In this document: piece after piece, positions 1-8,209 of the stretch | Layout of the letters: each line of letters starts with the position of its first letter | Numbering within the stretch: the stretch's first letter is position 1 | Assembly (NCBI GenBank): GCA_947306495.1 | Contig: CAMZGT010000003.1 | Coordinates: 29,850-93,849 of the forward strand | Direction: 5' to 3' | Source: an uncultured Acinetobacter sp. | Lineage (GTDB): Bacteria > Cyanobacteriota > Vampirovibrionia > Gastranaerophilales > Gastranaerophilaceae | DNA length: 64,000 bases | Program-made: the position numbers and the translations under genes | The notes under the pieces: generated by a model | Told to the model about the DNA's origin: nothing | What the model saw: only the letters and a program-made list of their open reading frames with translations | Database searches by the model: none

Positions 1-1
1 A

Positions 2-556
2 GAGTTTGATCCTGGATTTGGTCCATATGTAATGGCTTTTCAAGGAACTGTTGAATATTTATACAGTGATATTAACAGGTTTAGAAATTTATCACAAAAA
101 AAATTAAAATTCAGGCAGTATTATAAAAAAATATTACAAGTTTTTGATAACAATTTGGGGTTTTATATCGGGTGTTTAATGTGGGCGGCTTATATAAAAA
201 CTCAAAAAGAGCAGGAAATTACAGGGAACCATTGTTACGGCAAAATGTATGATGAGACTGAAAATACTTTTGAAACAGATTTTATGATTAAGTTTATTGA
301 ACTTTTTCCGCGAGATATGAAGTATTTTCTCGGTGAAAATTTTGTGTTTGAACCCTGGGTTAATCAGGTTTTAGATTTATATAGAGAATTTCTAATTATA
401 AATAAAGGATTTGTAGAAACAAAGACAAATTCTGATATAAAATTGCCTGCGGGATTAAAAATTGATAATGCAGAAGGTTTTAAGTCTAAGATAGATCAAA
501 TTATTCAATCGGAAAATTTGTCAAAATTTTCTGATTGCAGGAATTTAGTATTATAG
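2..556 (+). CDS. hypothetical protein; the reading frame is open to the window edge, so the 5' end may lie outside
   Basis: ORF track 32..556. The frame has no stop back to nt 2. I recognise no family motif. Confidence 0.4.
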   Translation, partial: EFDPGFGPYVMAFQGTVEYLYSDINRFRNLSQKKLKFRQYYKKILQVFDNNLGFYIGCLMWAAYIKTQKEQEITGNHCYGKMYDETENTFETDFMIKFIELFPRDMKYFLGENFVFEPWVNQVLDLYREFLIINKGFVETKTNSDIKLPAGLKIDNAEGFKSKIDQIIQSENLSKFSDCRNLVL

Positions 557-574
557 TTATGGTAGAATGATGAT

Positions 575-2062
575 ATGAAAAGAAAAATATATATTGCCCT
601 TCTTTTGTGCGGGCTAATAATAACAAGCGGAAATATTTTAGCCTTTGCTCATGCTGAAGATGATCATGCTGAGCTTTTTAAAACAGTTGTTGTGAAAGAT
701 GGAACAAACTTGGATATCACGGAGTGCGTTGCTCTTGCTTTTAAAAACAGTCCGATAATAAAACGTTATAAGTACCGGCTTGATGTTGCAAAAAGTAGTG
801 TAGGAATTGCAAAATCTGCATTTTTTCCTGTTATTGGAGCAGGAGTAGGTTTATATAATGAAAATAATTCCAACAGCAAAGTATATGGTAGTCATAATAA
901 GGATTTTCCCAGCATAGGAGTTGCAGTAAATCAGTTAGTTTGGGATTTTGGAAAATCTACCGCTTATATAAAAATGGAAGAATTTTACAAAATCGGTGCT
1001 GAATATGAATTTATGGATAGCTTGTGCACAACATTGTTTAATGTTAAAGAAAAATATTATGATGTCTTAAAAGCGCAGGCAAATGTTCAAATATCTGAAG
1101 ATAATGTTAAAATATGCAAAAAATATTTAAATATGGCAAAAGGCAAAGCTGATAAAACAACAGCAAAGTATTATTTGAGCCGAGCACTATTTGAACATAG
1201 TTATAATCAAACTCTGTTAAAAAATGCAAAAGTAAGTTTGTCAAATGCAATGTTTATAGATAATACACCGGAATATAATATTATCAATACAAAAACATTT
1301 AATTATGACCATGATTACGGTTATGAACAACAAAAAATTCCGCCGGCATTCGTTCCTCATGAATATAATTTTGCAAAAGGCCAGGCTCTTGAAATTGCGT
1401 ATGAAAACAGTCCTGATTTGAAGGTTCTTGAATCTACGAAAAAAGCCATGGAACAATCATTAAAGTTTGTTAAAAGGATGTATTTACCTGAACTTTCAGC
1501 AACTGCAGGTTACGGATACAGCAATACAAAAGAAGCTTCAAATAACAGTCTGCAAGTTGGAGTTAATTTGACATCAAATATCAATTTGATGCAGTTAAAA
1601 CATTCAATTAAAGGTGCTGACGCTCAGTTGAAATTGGCAGATAACGAAATCGATTTATTTAAGAAACATTTATATTTTGAAGTCCAGGAAGCTTTTAACA
1701 ATTTAGATTTTGCTGAAGAAGATGTGCCTTATGCTCAAAATACAGCTACACAAGCAATAGAAAACTTAAATACAGTGGAAAAGCTGTATAAAGAAGGTGC
1801 CTTGAATTATGTTGCTTTGCAGGAAGCAAGAAAAGACTATATTACGGCGATGCAAAGTTATGTCACAAGCTTACACTTTTACAATAAGTCTTTGATTCAG
1901 GTAGAGGAAGCACTGCATTATCATCTTGTTGACATTCACCACAAGACACAGCATGCAATGACTAAGCATTCGGATGAATTAATAGAGCACCTCAACGAGG
2001 CATTAGATTGCGATGAAAAAGAACCTAAAACAAGTAAACGTAACAAGAAACACAATTTATAA
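575..2062 (+). CDS. TolC-family outer membrane efflux protein (orphan copy)
   Basis: N-terminal signal peptide (MKRKIYIALLLCGLIITSGNILAFAHA). Size (495 aa) and two-repeat coiled/beta architecture are typical of OEP/TolC proteins. It resembles the second TolC-like ORF at 15267. Confidence 0.75.
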   Translation: MKRKIYIALLLCGLIITSGNILAFAHAEDDHAELFKTVVVKDGTNLDITECVALAFKNSPIIKRYKYRLDVAKSSVGIAKSAFFPVIGAGVGLYNENNSNSKVYGSHNKDFPSIGVAVNQLVWDFGKSTAYIKMEEFYKIGAEYEFMDSLCTTLFNVKEKYYDVLKAQANVQISEDNVKICKKYLNMAKGKADKTTAKYYLSRALFEHSYNQTLLKNAKVSLSNAMFIDNTPEYNIINTKTFNYDHDYGYEQQKIPPAFVPHEYNFAKGQALEIAYENSPDLKVLESTKKAMEQSLKFVKRMYLPELSATAGYGYSNTKEASNNSLQVGVNLTSNINLMQLKHSIKGADAQLKLADNEIDLFKKHLYFEVQEAFNNLDFAEEDVPYAQNTATQAIENLNTVEKLYKEGALNYVALQEARKDYITAMQSYVTSLHFYNKSLIQVEEALHYHLVDIHHKTQHAMTKHSDELIEHLNEALDCDEKEPKTSKRNKKHNL

Positions 2063-2087
2063 ATTTAAATAAAAACTTTAAATTTGC

Positions 2088-5000
2088 TTACAAAATTGTT
2101 TCAAAAATTACGCTCGGTTCTTGTGAAATTTCTTTACCAAAAGCTTTTGATTTAGACGAAGCAGTTATATAAAGCTTATTTTTTGCACGTGTAACAGCAA
2201 CGTATAGCAGTCGCAAATTTTCTTCTGAATTGTATTTTATCAGTTCAAGCTCTGTTTTGGGTTTATAATTTGAATTAAAAGATTTAACTTCCTCCATAAA
2301 TACTGATGACGCCTTGAGCGTAGCTTGTTCTATATCAATTGCCAAAGCTTTTTCTGTCATTTCAGGCAAGAAAACATATTCAAATTCATCTCCTTTTGAT
2401 TTGTGTAAGGTCATTATTTGTACTTTACCTTTTGCAGCGTCTTTATCTTCTTCTTCGGAGAAAAATTTGAATCCGCTTAATGTCGGTTTTTTTGAAAGTT
2501 CTTCCAAACGTTGCAGTGTCAAATCAAATTTTCCTGAGGTGTTAAGTCGTTTTACTAAGATTGCGATTAAATATACATTAGATTTCTCTATGTCGCTGGT
2601 ATAATAGAAAAGACCAATTCTTATTACTAATTCTTCCGGCGGTAATGTAGAAGAATTAAGCCAGTATTGCATGTCCCACAAAAATTGAGCTAAATCGGGT
2701 GATTCTACCTCATCATCATTTTTTTGTATAAAAGGGGTTTCAGAATTTCGAATTTCTGTTTGTAATCTGGATTTATAGAAGCCGTGTTCTGCAAGTGTTT
2801 CGTAAGTTTCTGCTAAAATTTCATTATCAAAAGGATTTTGAATAAATTTTAGTATAGAAAATATTGTTATAAATACCCTTTTCTGACCCAAAGACTCACT
2901 TCTGGTTATAGTTTTAAGTCCTGCGTCATTAATAAATGAAGTCCAAGAAGCGACTTGAAAATTATTTCTTAAAAGTATACCTATAGTTGCATCTTTTTTT
3001 TGTGTAAGTATATTTTTAATTTCTTTTAAAATGTAGTTTTTCTCGGCAAATTGGTTATTAAAAATGTTAGAAAAAATAGCATTTGGCTGAATTGGATTTT
3101 TTCCGGTCACGCCCTTTATATGACTTTTATAAAAAGCTTTGGGTAAAATTGTTTCACCCCAGTCAACGAGCTTGTTTGCCAAATTCATAACATCTTGAGT
3201 GCATCTTTGAGAACAATTCATGTTAACAGTTTTGCTTGCATCGTTAATAAAATTTCTGAATCCTTCTACATCAGCATTAGAGAAAGTGGTTGTAATAGCT
3301 TGATTTATATCTCCGCACCGAATTAAATTTTTATACTTTCCGCTTAGTAAATTTATTAATTTTTGTTGAACACCTGAAGAATCTTGTGCTTCATCTTCAA
3401 TTATATATTCACAGATATTTTGGTAATATTCTAAAATATCCGGATTGTTCTCTAAAAGTTTTACGGAAAGTATTAAAATGTCATCGTAATCTATCATATT
3501 CAAATCGTTCAATTGAGATTGATAAGCTTTATAAAAAGTTTTAAATTTTTCTGTTTTTTCATCTGTTGATTTAATATCAATATTTCCATCTTGAAGCTTG
3601 AGTACAGAAATTGCGCGGTCAAATTCTTCAAGCTCTGTTTTTGTATATTTGCCGCTCACATTTTTAATTATTCGCATTCTTTGAGTATCATCACAAATCT
3701 CAAAATCAGAAGATAAGTTTAACCTTTCATAATTAGAATTTTCCTTAATTATCTTTAGTGCAAGTCCGTGTATTGTACTAATATTTGGCAAAGATGTTGA
3801 GTTTGGGCACATGTTTTTGATTCTTTCTCTGAAATTTCTGGCAGCGGATTCCATATATGTTAAAACATATATATTAGAAGGAATCACGCCATTTTCAATT
3901 AATTTAATAACAAGAGCCAGAAGAATAGTTGTTTTTCCTGCTCCCGGAACAGCAAAAATTGCCATTGAACCGTTTTTGTATTCTAAAACAGGTTTTTGGT
4001 CATCACGGGGAATTATCTTGAAAGCAGGTTTAATTTTATTTGATAAATTATCGCTACTGATTAAAAAGGACTCTATGCCTCCTAAATTTTCAACCCCTGA
4101 TGAGTCAAACAGACTTGAGCAAGCCCAAATATGTTCTTTTGCAAGAAGTAGTAATTTTCTTAAAATTCTGGCTGTTTTTTGTTTGGATAAAAATATATCA
4201 TCATCGATCGTGTATTCATCTTTTGACCAATCTGCCTGCATTACCCACGCATTGTATAGCGGTCCGGTATCTGTTTTTACCCATTCTGAATTTGAAATAT
4301 CCAGCCAAAATTGGTATTTTGATGATATTTTATTATCAATTATTTTTTGTGGAGTTGCTATCACCAAATCGTTTTTTTGAATCTCTATTACAGAACTCGG
4401 ATTTTCCGCTATAATAGAATTCTCGAATTGATTTATTATTTCTTCAGCTCTTTGCTGTACAGTTTTTTTACCAAGTACATTTTCAAAATCACGAAGTTGT
4501 TTTAAGAAAAAATTGAATTTATTTATTTTTGTTTTATCAACAAAGTAAACAGTTTGTTCAAACATTTCATAAACTTTATTGGAAAGTTTTGTATCTTTAT
4601 TTTTTATATTATTAAATACGTTATAAAAATTTGTGTATCTTTCGTTATAAAAATCAATTTCTATATCTGGCAGATTGCCGTCGTTTTTGAATCCGTCAAT
4701 GATTGGTTTGGCATATTTAAGAGGAATTCCAACGTAATCAGAAATAATGCTTCTTAAATCCATTTCGGAAAGTTTCATATTCATCATCAACTTAAGAATA
4801 CCAAGGCTGGCTTTTACTAATGGATTTGAAATTAGTTTTTCACTTCCGGACAAGAATAAAGGTTTGCATAGTTTGCTTAAATTTTCTTCAAAAGTAAATT
4901 TTAGCATGTCATCTTGTAGTGGTGTTATTACGGTGATATCTTTAGGGTTAACGTTTTTTCGTAAGAGTTCTTTAATTTTTTCTATTGTAAAGTCGAGAAT

Positions 5001-5897
5001 TTCGGCACGTTTTGAAAGAGCTGTAAGTGAAAAGTTATTCAAAGATTCTTTTTTGTTTTCAAGAATATTCCTAAAAATTACTTCTCCTTGAAGGAAAGGA
5101 TTGTCATCATTTTGAACATCTTCATTAAATAGTTTTTTTAATTTGTATTCTATAGATGTATCAGCGCTCAGATATCCGCAGCGGCTTGAGCCCATGGAAT
5201 CAAAGCAAATTACCCAATCTTTTAATTGCGGTTTCAAGTATGAAATAAAATCGAAGCAAGCTGGTGTCATTTCATCAGCATCATCGACTAAAAGATACTT
5301 GATATTTTTAAAATAGTTCGTATTTTTATATACATGATTAAATATAAGAGTTTGTCTCAGATAATCTAAACTGCGGTATCTTAATGTTTGTGAAAGAAGT
5401 TTTTTAATTATTAATTCTGCATCTTCTGCAAAAGACTCTTTTAATATTTTGGCTCTTTCCTGAACTTCTGAATTATTAAGATTATTTTGAATTATCAGAG
5501 AATATCTTCTAAAAATTTGGTGCAAAAGGGAGTGCTTAGAGTTATAACCTTTTACATCGGTTTCTTTTAATATATCTTTTAAAATAAATTGTGAGACCTC
5601 AAGTCCGACTAAGTTAGGTAAGATAAAGGTTTTATCTGAAGGGATAGAATTTTCAACAAAACACCAATTATCTGCAAGAGTGTTATATACAAGAGAAAAG
5701 AAAGATTGAATGTTAAGTTTTTCAATTGCGGTTGTCGGAATTTCTTTTAGAATTTTGTCTGTGAATTGTTTTTTGATGGTTGAATTTTGAACAATAACTA
5801 ATATTTCAGAAGGCTTAATCCCACCTGAAATAAGTGATATGTATTTATTTTTAAGTACCTCTTCTCTTGAATCGGCTTTAATAAAATTTAATAACAT
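2088..5897 (-). CDS. large UvrD/Rep/PcrA-type SF1 helicase: an N-terminal Walker-A-less helicase-like half fused to a canonical C-terminal helicase half
   Basis: The C-terminal half has Walker A FAVPGAGKTT, motif II IIEDEAQDSS, motif III CGDINQAI, motif V MTLHKSKGDEFEYVFLPE and motif VI YVAVTRAKNKLYITA. The N-terminal ~620 aa has only a DExx-like LLVDDADEM and no P-loop. Confidence 0.85.
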   Translation of the reverse strand: MLLNFIKADSREEVLKNKYISLISGGIKPSEILVIVQNSTIKKQFTDKILKEIPTTAIEKLNIQSFFSLVYNTLADNWCFVENSIPSDKTFILPNLVGLEVSQFILKDILKETDVKGYNSKHSLLHQIFRRYSLIIQNNLNNSEVQERAKILKESFAEDAELIIKKLLSQTLRYRSLDYLRQTLIFNHVYKNTNYFKNIKYLLVDDADEMTPACFDFISYLKPQLKDWVICFDSMGSSRCGYLSADTSIEYKLKKLFNEDVQNDDNPFLQGEVIFRNILENKKESLNNFSLTALSKRAEILDFTIEKIKELLRKNVNPKDITVITPLQDDMLKFTFEENLSKLCKPLFLSGSEKLISNPLVKASLGILKLMMNMKLSEMDLRSIISDYVGIPLKYAKPIIDGFKNDGNLPDIEIDFYNERYTNFYNVFNNIKNKDTKLSNKVYEMFEQTVYFVDKTKINKFNFFLKQLRDFENVLGKKTVQQRAEEIINQFENSIIAENPSSVIEIQKNDLVIATPQKIIDNKISSKYQFWLDISNSEWVKTDTGPLYNAWVMQADWSKDEYTIDDDIFLSKQKTARILRKLLLLAKEHIWACSSLFDSSGVENLGGIESFLISSDNLSNKIKPAFKIIPRDDQKPVLEYKNGSMAIFAVPGAGKTTILLALVIKLIENGVIPSNIYVLTYMESAARNFRERIKNMCPNSTSLPNISTIHGLALKIIKENSNYERLNLSSDFEICDDTQRMRIIKNVSGKYTKTELEEFDRAISVLKLQDGNIDIKSTDEKTEKFKTFYKAYQSQLNDLNMIDYDDILILSVKLLENNPDILEYYQNICEYIIEDEAQDSSGVQQKLINLLSGKYKNLIRCGDINQAITTTFSNADVEGFRNFINDASKTVNMNCSQRCTQDVMNLANKLVDWGETILPKAFYKSHIKGVTGKNPIQPNAIFSNIFNNQFAEKNYILKEIKNILTQKKDATIGILLRNNFQVASWTSFINDAGLKTITRSESLGQKRVFITIFSILKFIQNPFDNEILAETYETLAEHGFYKSRLQTEIRNSETPFIQKNDDEVESPDLAQFLWDMQYWLNSSTLPPEELVIRIGLFYYTSDIEKSNVYLIAILVKRLNTSGKFDLTLQRLEELSKKPTLSGFKFFSEEEDKDAAKGKVQIMTLHKSKGDEFEYVFLPEMTEKALAIDIEQATLKASSVFMEEVKSFNSNYKPKTELELIKYNSEENLRLLYVAVTRAKNKLYITASSKSKAFGKEISQEPSVIFETIL

Positions 5898-6016
5898 ACT
5901 CCTTATAGACTATTTTATCATAAATAAAGTTTAAGCCTCTTGCAAAATTTGAAGATTTTTAATAAAATTTATTTGTAAGCTGTTTACACACACAAAAAAC
6001 AAAAGGAGATTTACAC

Positions 6017-6241
6017 ATGGCAAAAGTTAAAGAATTCAAAGGTATTCAAGAACAAATTATTGAATCTGCAGGTACAATTTATAACTACCTTTCAAATAAA
6101 GGTGAAGTTTCTATCAGCAAGATGAAAAAGGATTTAAGCTTGAATGAAAACTTTACAGAAATGGGTTTGGGTTGGTTATCAAGAGAAGATAAACTTGAAT
6201 ATACTCAAAAAGCTAAATCAGTAACAGTAAAATTGAGATAG
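6017..6241 (+). CDS. small winged-helix-like protein (resembles the DUF2582 type)
   Basis: 74-aa ORF with a strong SD (AAAGGAG, 8 nt upstream) and a rho-independent terminator downstream. The family assignment is from memory of similar small wHTH proteins. Confidence 0.6.
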   Translation: MAKVKEFKGIQEQIIESAGTIYNYLSNKGEVSISKMKKDLSLNENFTEMGLGWLSREDKLEYTQKAKSVTVKLR

Positions 6242-6265
6242 TATTCCATAAAGGAATTAAGAAAA

Positions 6266-6298
6266 AACAAAGGCGCAGCTCTGCTGCGCCTTTGTTTT
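6266..6298 (+). terminator. rho-independent terminator
   Basis: AAAGGCGCAGC-TCTG-CTGCGCCTTT hairpin followed by a T-run. Confidence 0.8.
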
Positions 6299-6365
6299 AA
6301 AATAAACATTTGAAAATAAAAATGTTTATGTTATTATTTTTTTGTTGAAAATTGTATATGAGTGC

Positions 6366-6382
6366 TTGGCGCAGTTGACTCT
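6366..6382 (+). pseudogene. tRNA-Lys 5'-half-like fragment (D-arm to anticodon loop)
   Basis: GCGCAGTTGACTCT (6369-6382) is an exact 14-nt match to 6613-6626 of the intact tRNA-Lys. The match stops inside the anticodon loop. Confidence 0.5.
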
Positions 6383-6591
6383 GCCGAAGAACAAGCCGAA
6401 CCGTCGAGGGTTTTTCTGAGAGGCAGCAGTTGATTCAGTCAACACAACGATATTGAAAACTAAATAGCGAATTTTGCGTAGAGTGAGCGTAAGCGCAACT
6501 CGAAGTAGCACGGAGCAAGGTGAGTGACAATTTTGCGAAAGCAAAATATAACGAACGACAACGGAGTGTGAAGCAATAATTCAAGATATAT

Positions 6592-6667
6592 GGGAGTATG
6601 GCGCAGTTGGTAGCGCAGTTGACTCTTAATCAATTGGTCCTGGGTTCGAGTCCCAGTGCTCCCACCA
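6592..6667 (+). tRNA. tRNA-Lys (anticodon CTT), CCA encoded
   Basis: Hand-folded cloverleaf: acceptor GGGAGTA/TGCTCCC, D stem GCGC/GCGC, anticodon stem GTTGA/TCAAT with loop CTCTTAA, T arm CTGGG-TTCGAGT-CCCAG, discriminator A, then CCA. Confidence 0.9.
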
Positions 6668-6676
6668 TTTAAAATA

Positions 6677-6710
6677 AAGGCTGGGCAATAGTTCTAGCCT
6701 TTTTTATTTT
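6677..6710 (+). terminator. weak hairpin plus T-run downstream of tRNA-Lys
   Basis: AAGGCT...AGCCTT stem followed by TTTTTATTTT. Confidence 0.4.
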
Positions 6711-6744
6711 TAAAATTATATAAATTTTGAGTAAATTTACCTCT

Positions 6745-6776
6745 GTGTACTAAATGTGTACTATTATGCGTACACA
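6745..6776. repeat. phased GTGTACTA repeat block, copy 1
   Basis: GTGTACTAAATGTGTACTA holds two 8-mers 11 nt apart, with an inverted GTACAC at 6771-6776. The same 19-mer occurs at 7747-7765. Confidence 0.7.
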
Positions 6777-6952
6777 AAAGACATAATGTATTAAAATGAT
6801 ACAATATGCACAAAAAAATCATATCTTTTTATAAATAAGGAATAAATATAAAAAGCTGGTGGTTTATTGTGCCACACAGCTTTTAAAATTGTTATTGAAA
6901 ATTAATATTACGCATATACTTTTAATTCTGTTATCACTTAAGTTCTTATTAC

Positions 6953-7630
6953 TTACATATTTTTATTTTCCACGCTTTCATTAGATGTTTTTATAGATTT
7001 ATTATCCTCAGCTTTGTTCATAAACATTTGCTCCATACCACTAACAAACTCTTGTCGTGCTTCTGTGGTTATTCCTGATAAATCTTTTGTTTCAGACTTA
7101 ACTGAATATTCTTTTCCATTGAATACAAATTTAATTGTTAGTGTAAATGCATCAGCATTTCTATTAACAACTTGGCTACCATTTTCTACTGAAAATACAT
7201 CATTAGAATAATCATCATAACCTGTTTGTGTACTAAAACATAAATTAGTAATCCCTCTTGGAAAACCTGTAAATTTAAAACCTTCAAGTTTACCACCATT
7301 TTGTGCATAATATTTTAATGCTTCTTCTGCCATTTTTTGCATTGTATCAACTTCTTTTGGTACTTTGGTTTGCGTTGCGGCTTTTGCTACAGACTTTTTC
7401 GGAGCCATACCTTGTAAAATACTAATTATTTGATGATAAATTGGTGTATTATCTTTTTTAAGTGCTTCATTATAGAAGTTTGCATTTCCTTTTTGGTTAG
7501 TAATTGCCTCTCTTGCTTGCGTAAAAATATCCTGTGATATTTGTCCATCTTCTTTTCCATCTAATCTATCTAATGCAATAGTTTGTTCTTTTGTAATACC
7601 TAAGTTTTGTTGAACTGATTTAATATCCAT
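6953..7630 (-). CDS. hypothetical protein (orphan) inside the tRNA-Lys-flanked insert
   Basis: 225-aa ORF with a hairpin terminator at about 6853-6886 on its strand. No recognisable family. Confidence 0.55.
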   Translation of the reverse strand: MDIKSVQQNLGITKEQTIALDRLDGKEDGQISQDIFTQAREAITNQKGNANFYNEALKKDNTPIYHQIISILQGMAPKKSVAKAATQTKVPKEVDTMQKMAEEALKYYAQNGGKLEGFKFTGFPRGITNLCFSTQTGYDDYSNDVFSVENGSQVVNRNADAFTLTIKFVFNGKEYSVKSETKDLSGITTEARQEFVSGMEQMFMNKAEDNKSIKTSNESVENKNM

Positions 7631-7746
7631 GTTAAAAACTCCTATCTAAAAGTTAAAATCTTACCCCATGTATATCGGCATAATTTTGAAAAACTTTAAT
7701 AAATTTCTGCAAATTGTTACAAAAATTTACAAAAAGTGTCAAAAAG

Positions 7747-7780
7747 TGTGTACTAAATGTGTACTAATGTATTATGTACG
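7747..7780. repeat. phased GTGTACTA repeat block, copy 2
   Basis: An identical 19-mer GTGTACTAAATGTGTACTA, preceded by phased CAAAAA tracts at 7715-7746. Confidence 0.7.
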
Positions 7781-7905
7781 AGTAGTGTTTTTTAGTGATT
7801 TTTTGTATTTTGGGGTAAAAAGGGGCAAATATAATATCAATTGAAATACAGTAATAATAACCATTTTGACAATTATATAAAAATTTTTGACCATAACCGC
7901 CATAT

Positions 7906-7950
7906 CTCTTAATCAATTGGCCCTGGGTTCGAATCCCAGTTCTCCTACCA
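7906..7950 (+). pseudogene. tRNA-Lys 3'-half fragment (anticodon loop to CCA), att-like direct repeat
   Basis: CTCTTAATCAATTGGCCCTGGGTTCGAATCCCAGTTCTCCTACCA aligns to 6625-6667 with a few mismatches. Similarity continues about 17 nt past CCA (TTAAAATAAAGGCTGG). Confidence 0.8.
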
Positions 7951-7998
7951 TTAAAATAAAGGCTGGTGGTTACCTTTTTTCAGGACTTTTGCTCGGAA

Positions 7999-8150
7999 GG
8001 GGTAAATATATTTGCGAAGGCAAAAGTCCGAAGTAATCCAGCTTTTTGCCGATTTGACAAGGTCGGAAATTTAAAATTCAATGTACACGAAAAGTCCGTC
8101 AAAAGTCCTCAAAATTCCAAATTTTGTCACAAGATTTCTATATTTACCCC
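7999..8150. repeat. 152-bp inverted-repeat-bounded element (MITE-like or iteron-bearing)
   Basis: Perfect 12-bp terminal inverted repeats: GGGGTAAATATA (7999-8010) and TATATTTACCCC (8139-8150). Inside are AAAAGTCC at 8022, 8090 and 8101. An inverted copy at 7983 lies just outside the left arm. Confidence 0.55.
8051..8070. repeat. 20-nt repeat GATTTGACAAGGTCGGAAAT, copy 1
   Basis: Matches 9968-9987 at 19 of 20 positions. Confidence 0.7.
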
Positions 8151-8209
8151 CTCAAATATAGAAAAAATCCAAATCACACAAAAGGACATAAATAAGTAAT
8201 TTGAAAAAT

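Noticed and set aside
1-15. The first 15 nt (AGAGTTTGATCCTGG) are identical to the 5' part of the universal 16S rRNA 27F primer / 16S 5' end.
   Set aside because: Similarity ends at nt 15 (ATTTGG follows instead of CTCAG). The downstream sequence is an AT-rich protein-coding frame with no rRNA-like sequence, so this is not a 16S gene. If nt 1 is a contig end, it could be a primer-derived assembly artefact. That can be checked in the raw reads, but it is not biology I can support.
3811-5091. Plus-strand ORFs (3811..4380, 4100..4414, 4554..4757, 4747..5091) inside the helicase gene.
   Set aside because: These are antisense shadow ORFs of a well-supported 1269-aa CDS, with low-complexity F/I/S/L-rich translations. 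The same reasoning applies to 1241..1456, 2314..2604, 13003..13644, 18467..18946, 24712..25841, 34118..34780, 35485..35829, 39304..39708, 44423..45388, 46100..46961, 54096..55205 and 58614..59044.
6326-6544. 72-aa minus-strand ORF overlapping the GC-rich spacer.
   Set aside because: No SD, and an Arg/Cys/Ser-rich composition unlike the rest of the proteome. It coincides with hairpin-rich non-coding sequence, so it is likely spurious.
6357-6667. Possibility that tRNA-Lys carries a group I intron in the anticodon loop, given a 5' half ending in ...ACTCT followed by ~210 nt of structured GC-rich RNA.
   Set aside because: The GC-rich segment is followed by a complete, perfectly foldable tRNA rather than by the 3' exon. 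No internal guide sequence lies next to the putative 5' splice site. I could not recognise P3-P8 core elements. Element-derived duplication explains the data better.
7966-8199. 77-aa plus-strand ORF.
   Set aside because: It starts with a non-ATG codon inside the tRNA-flank repeat and runs straight through the IR-bounded 152-bp element. It has no SD and odd composition, so it is likely spurious.
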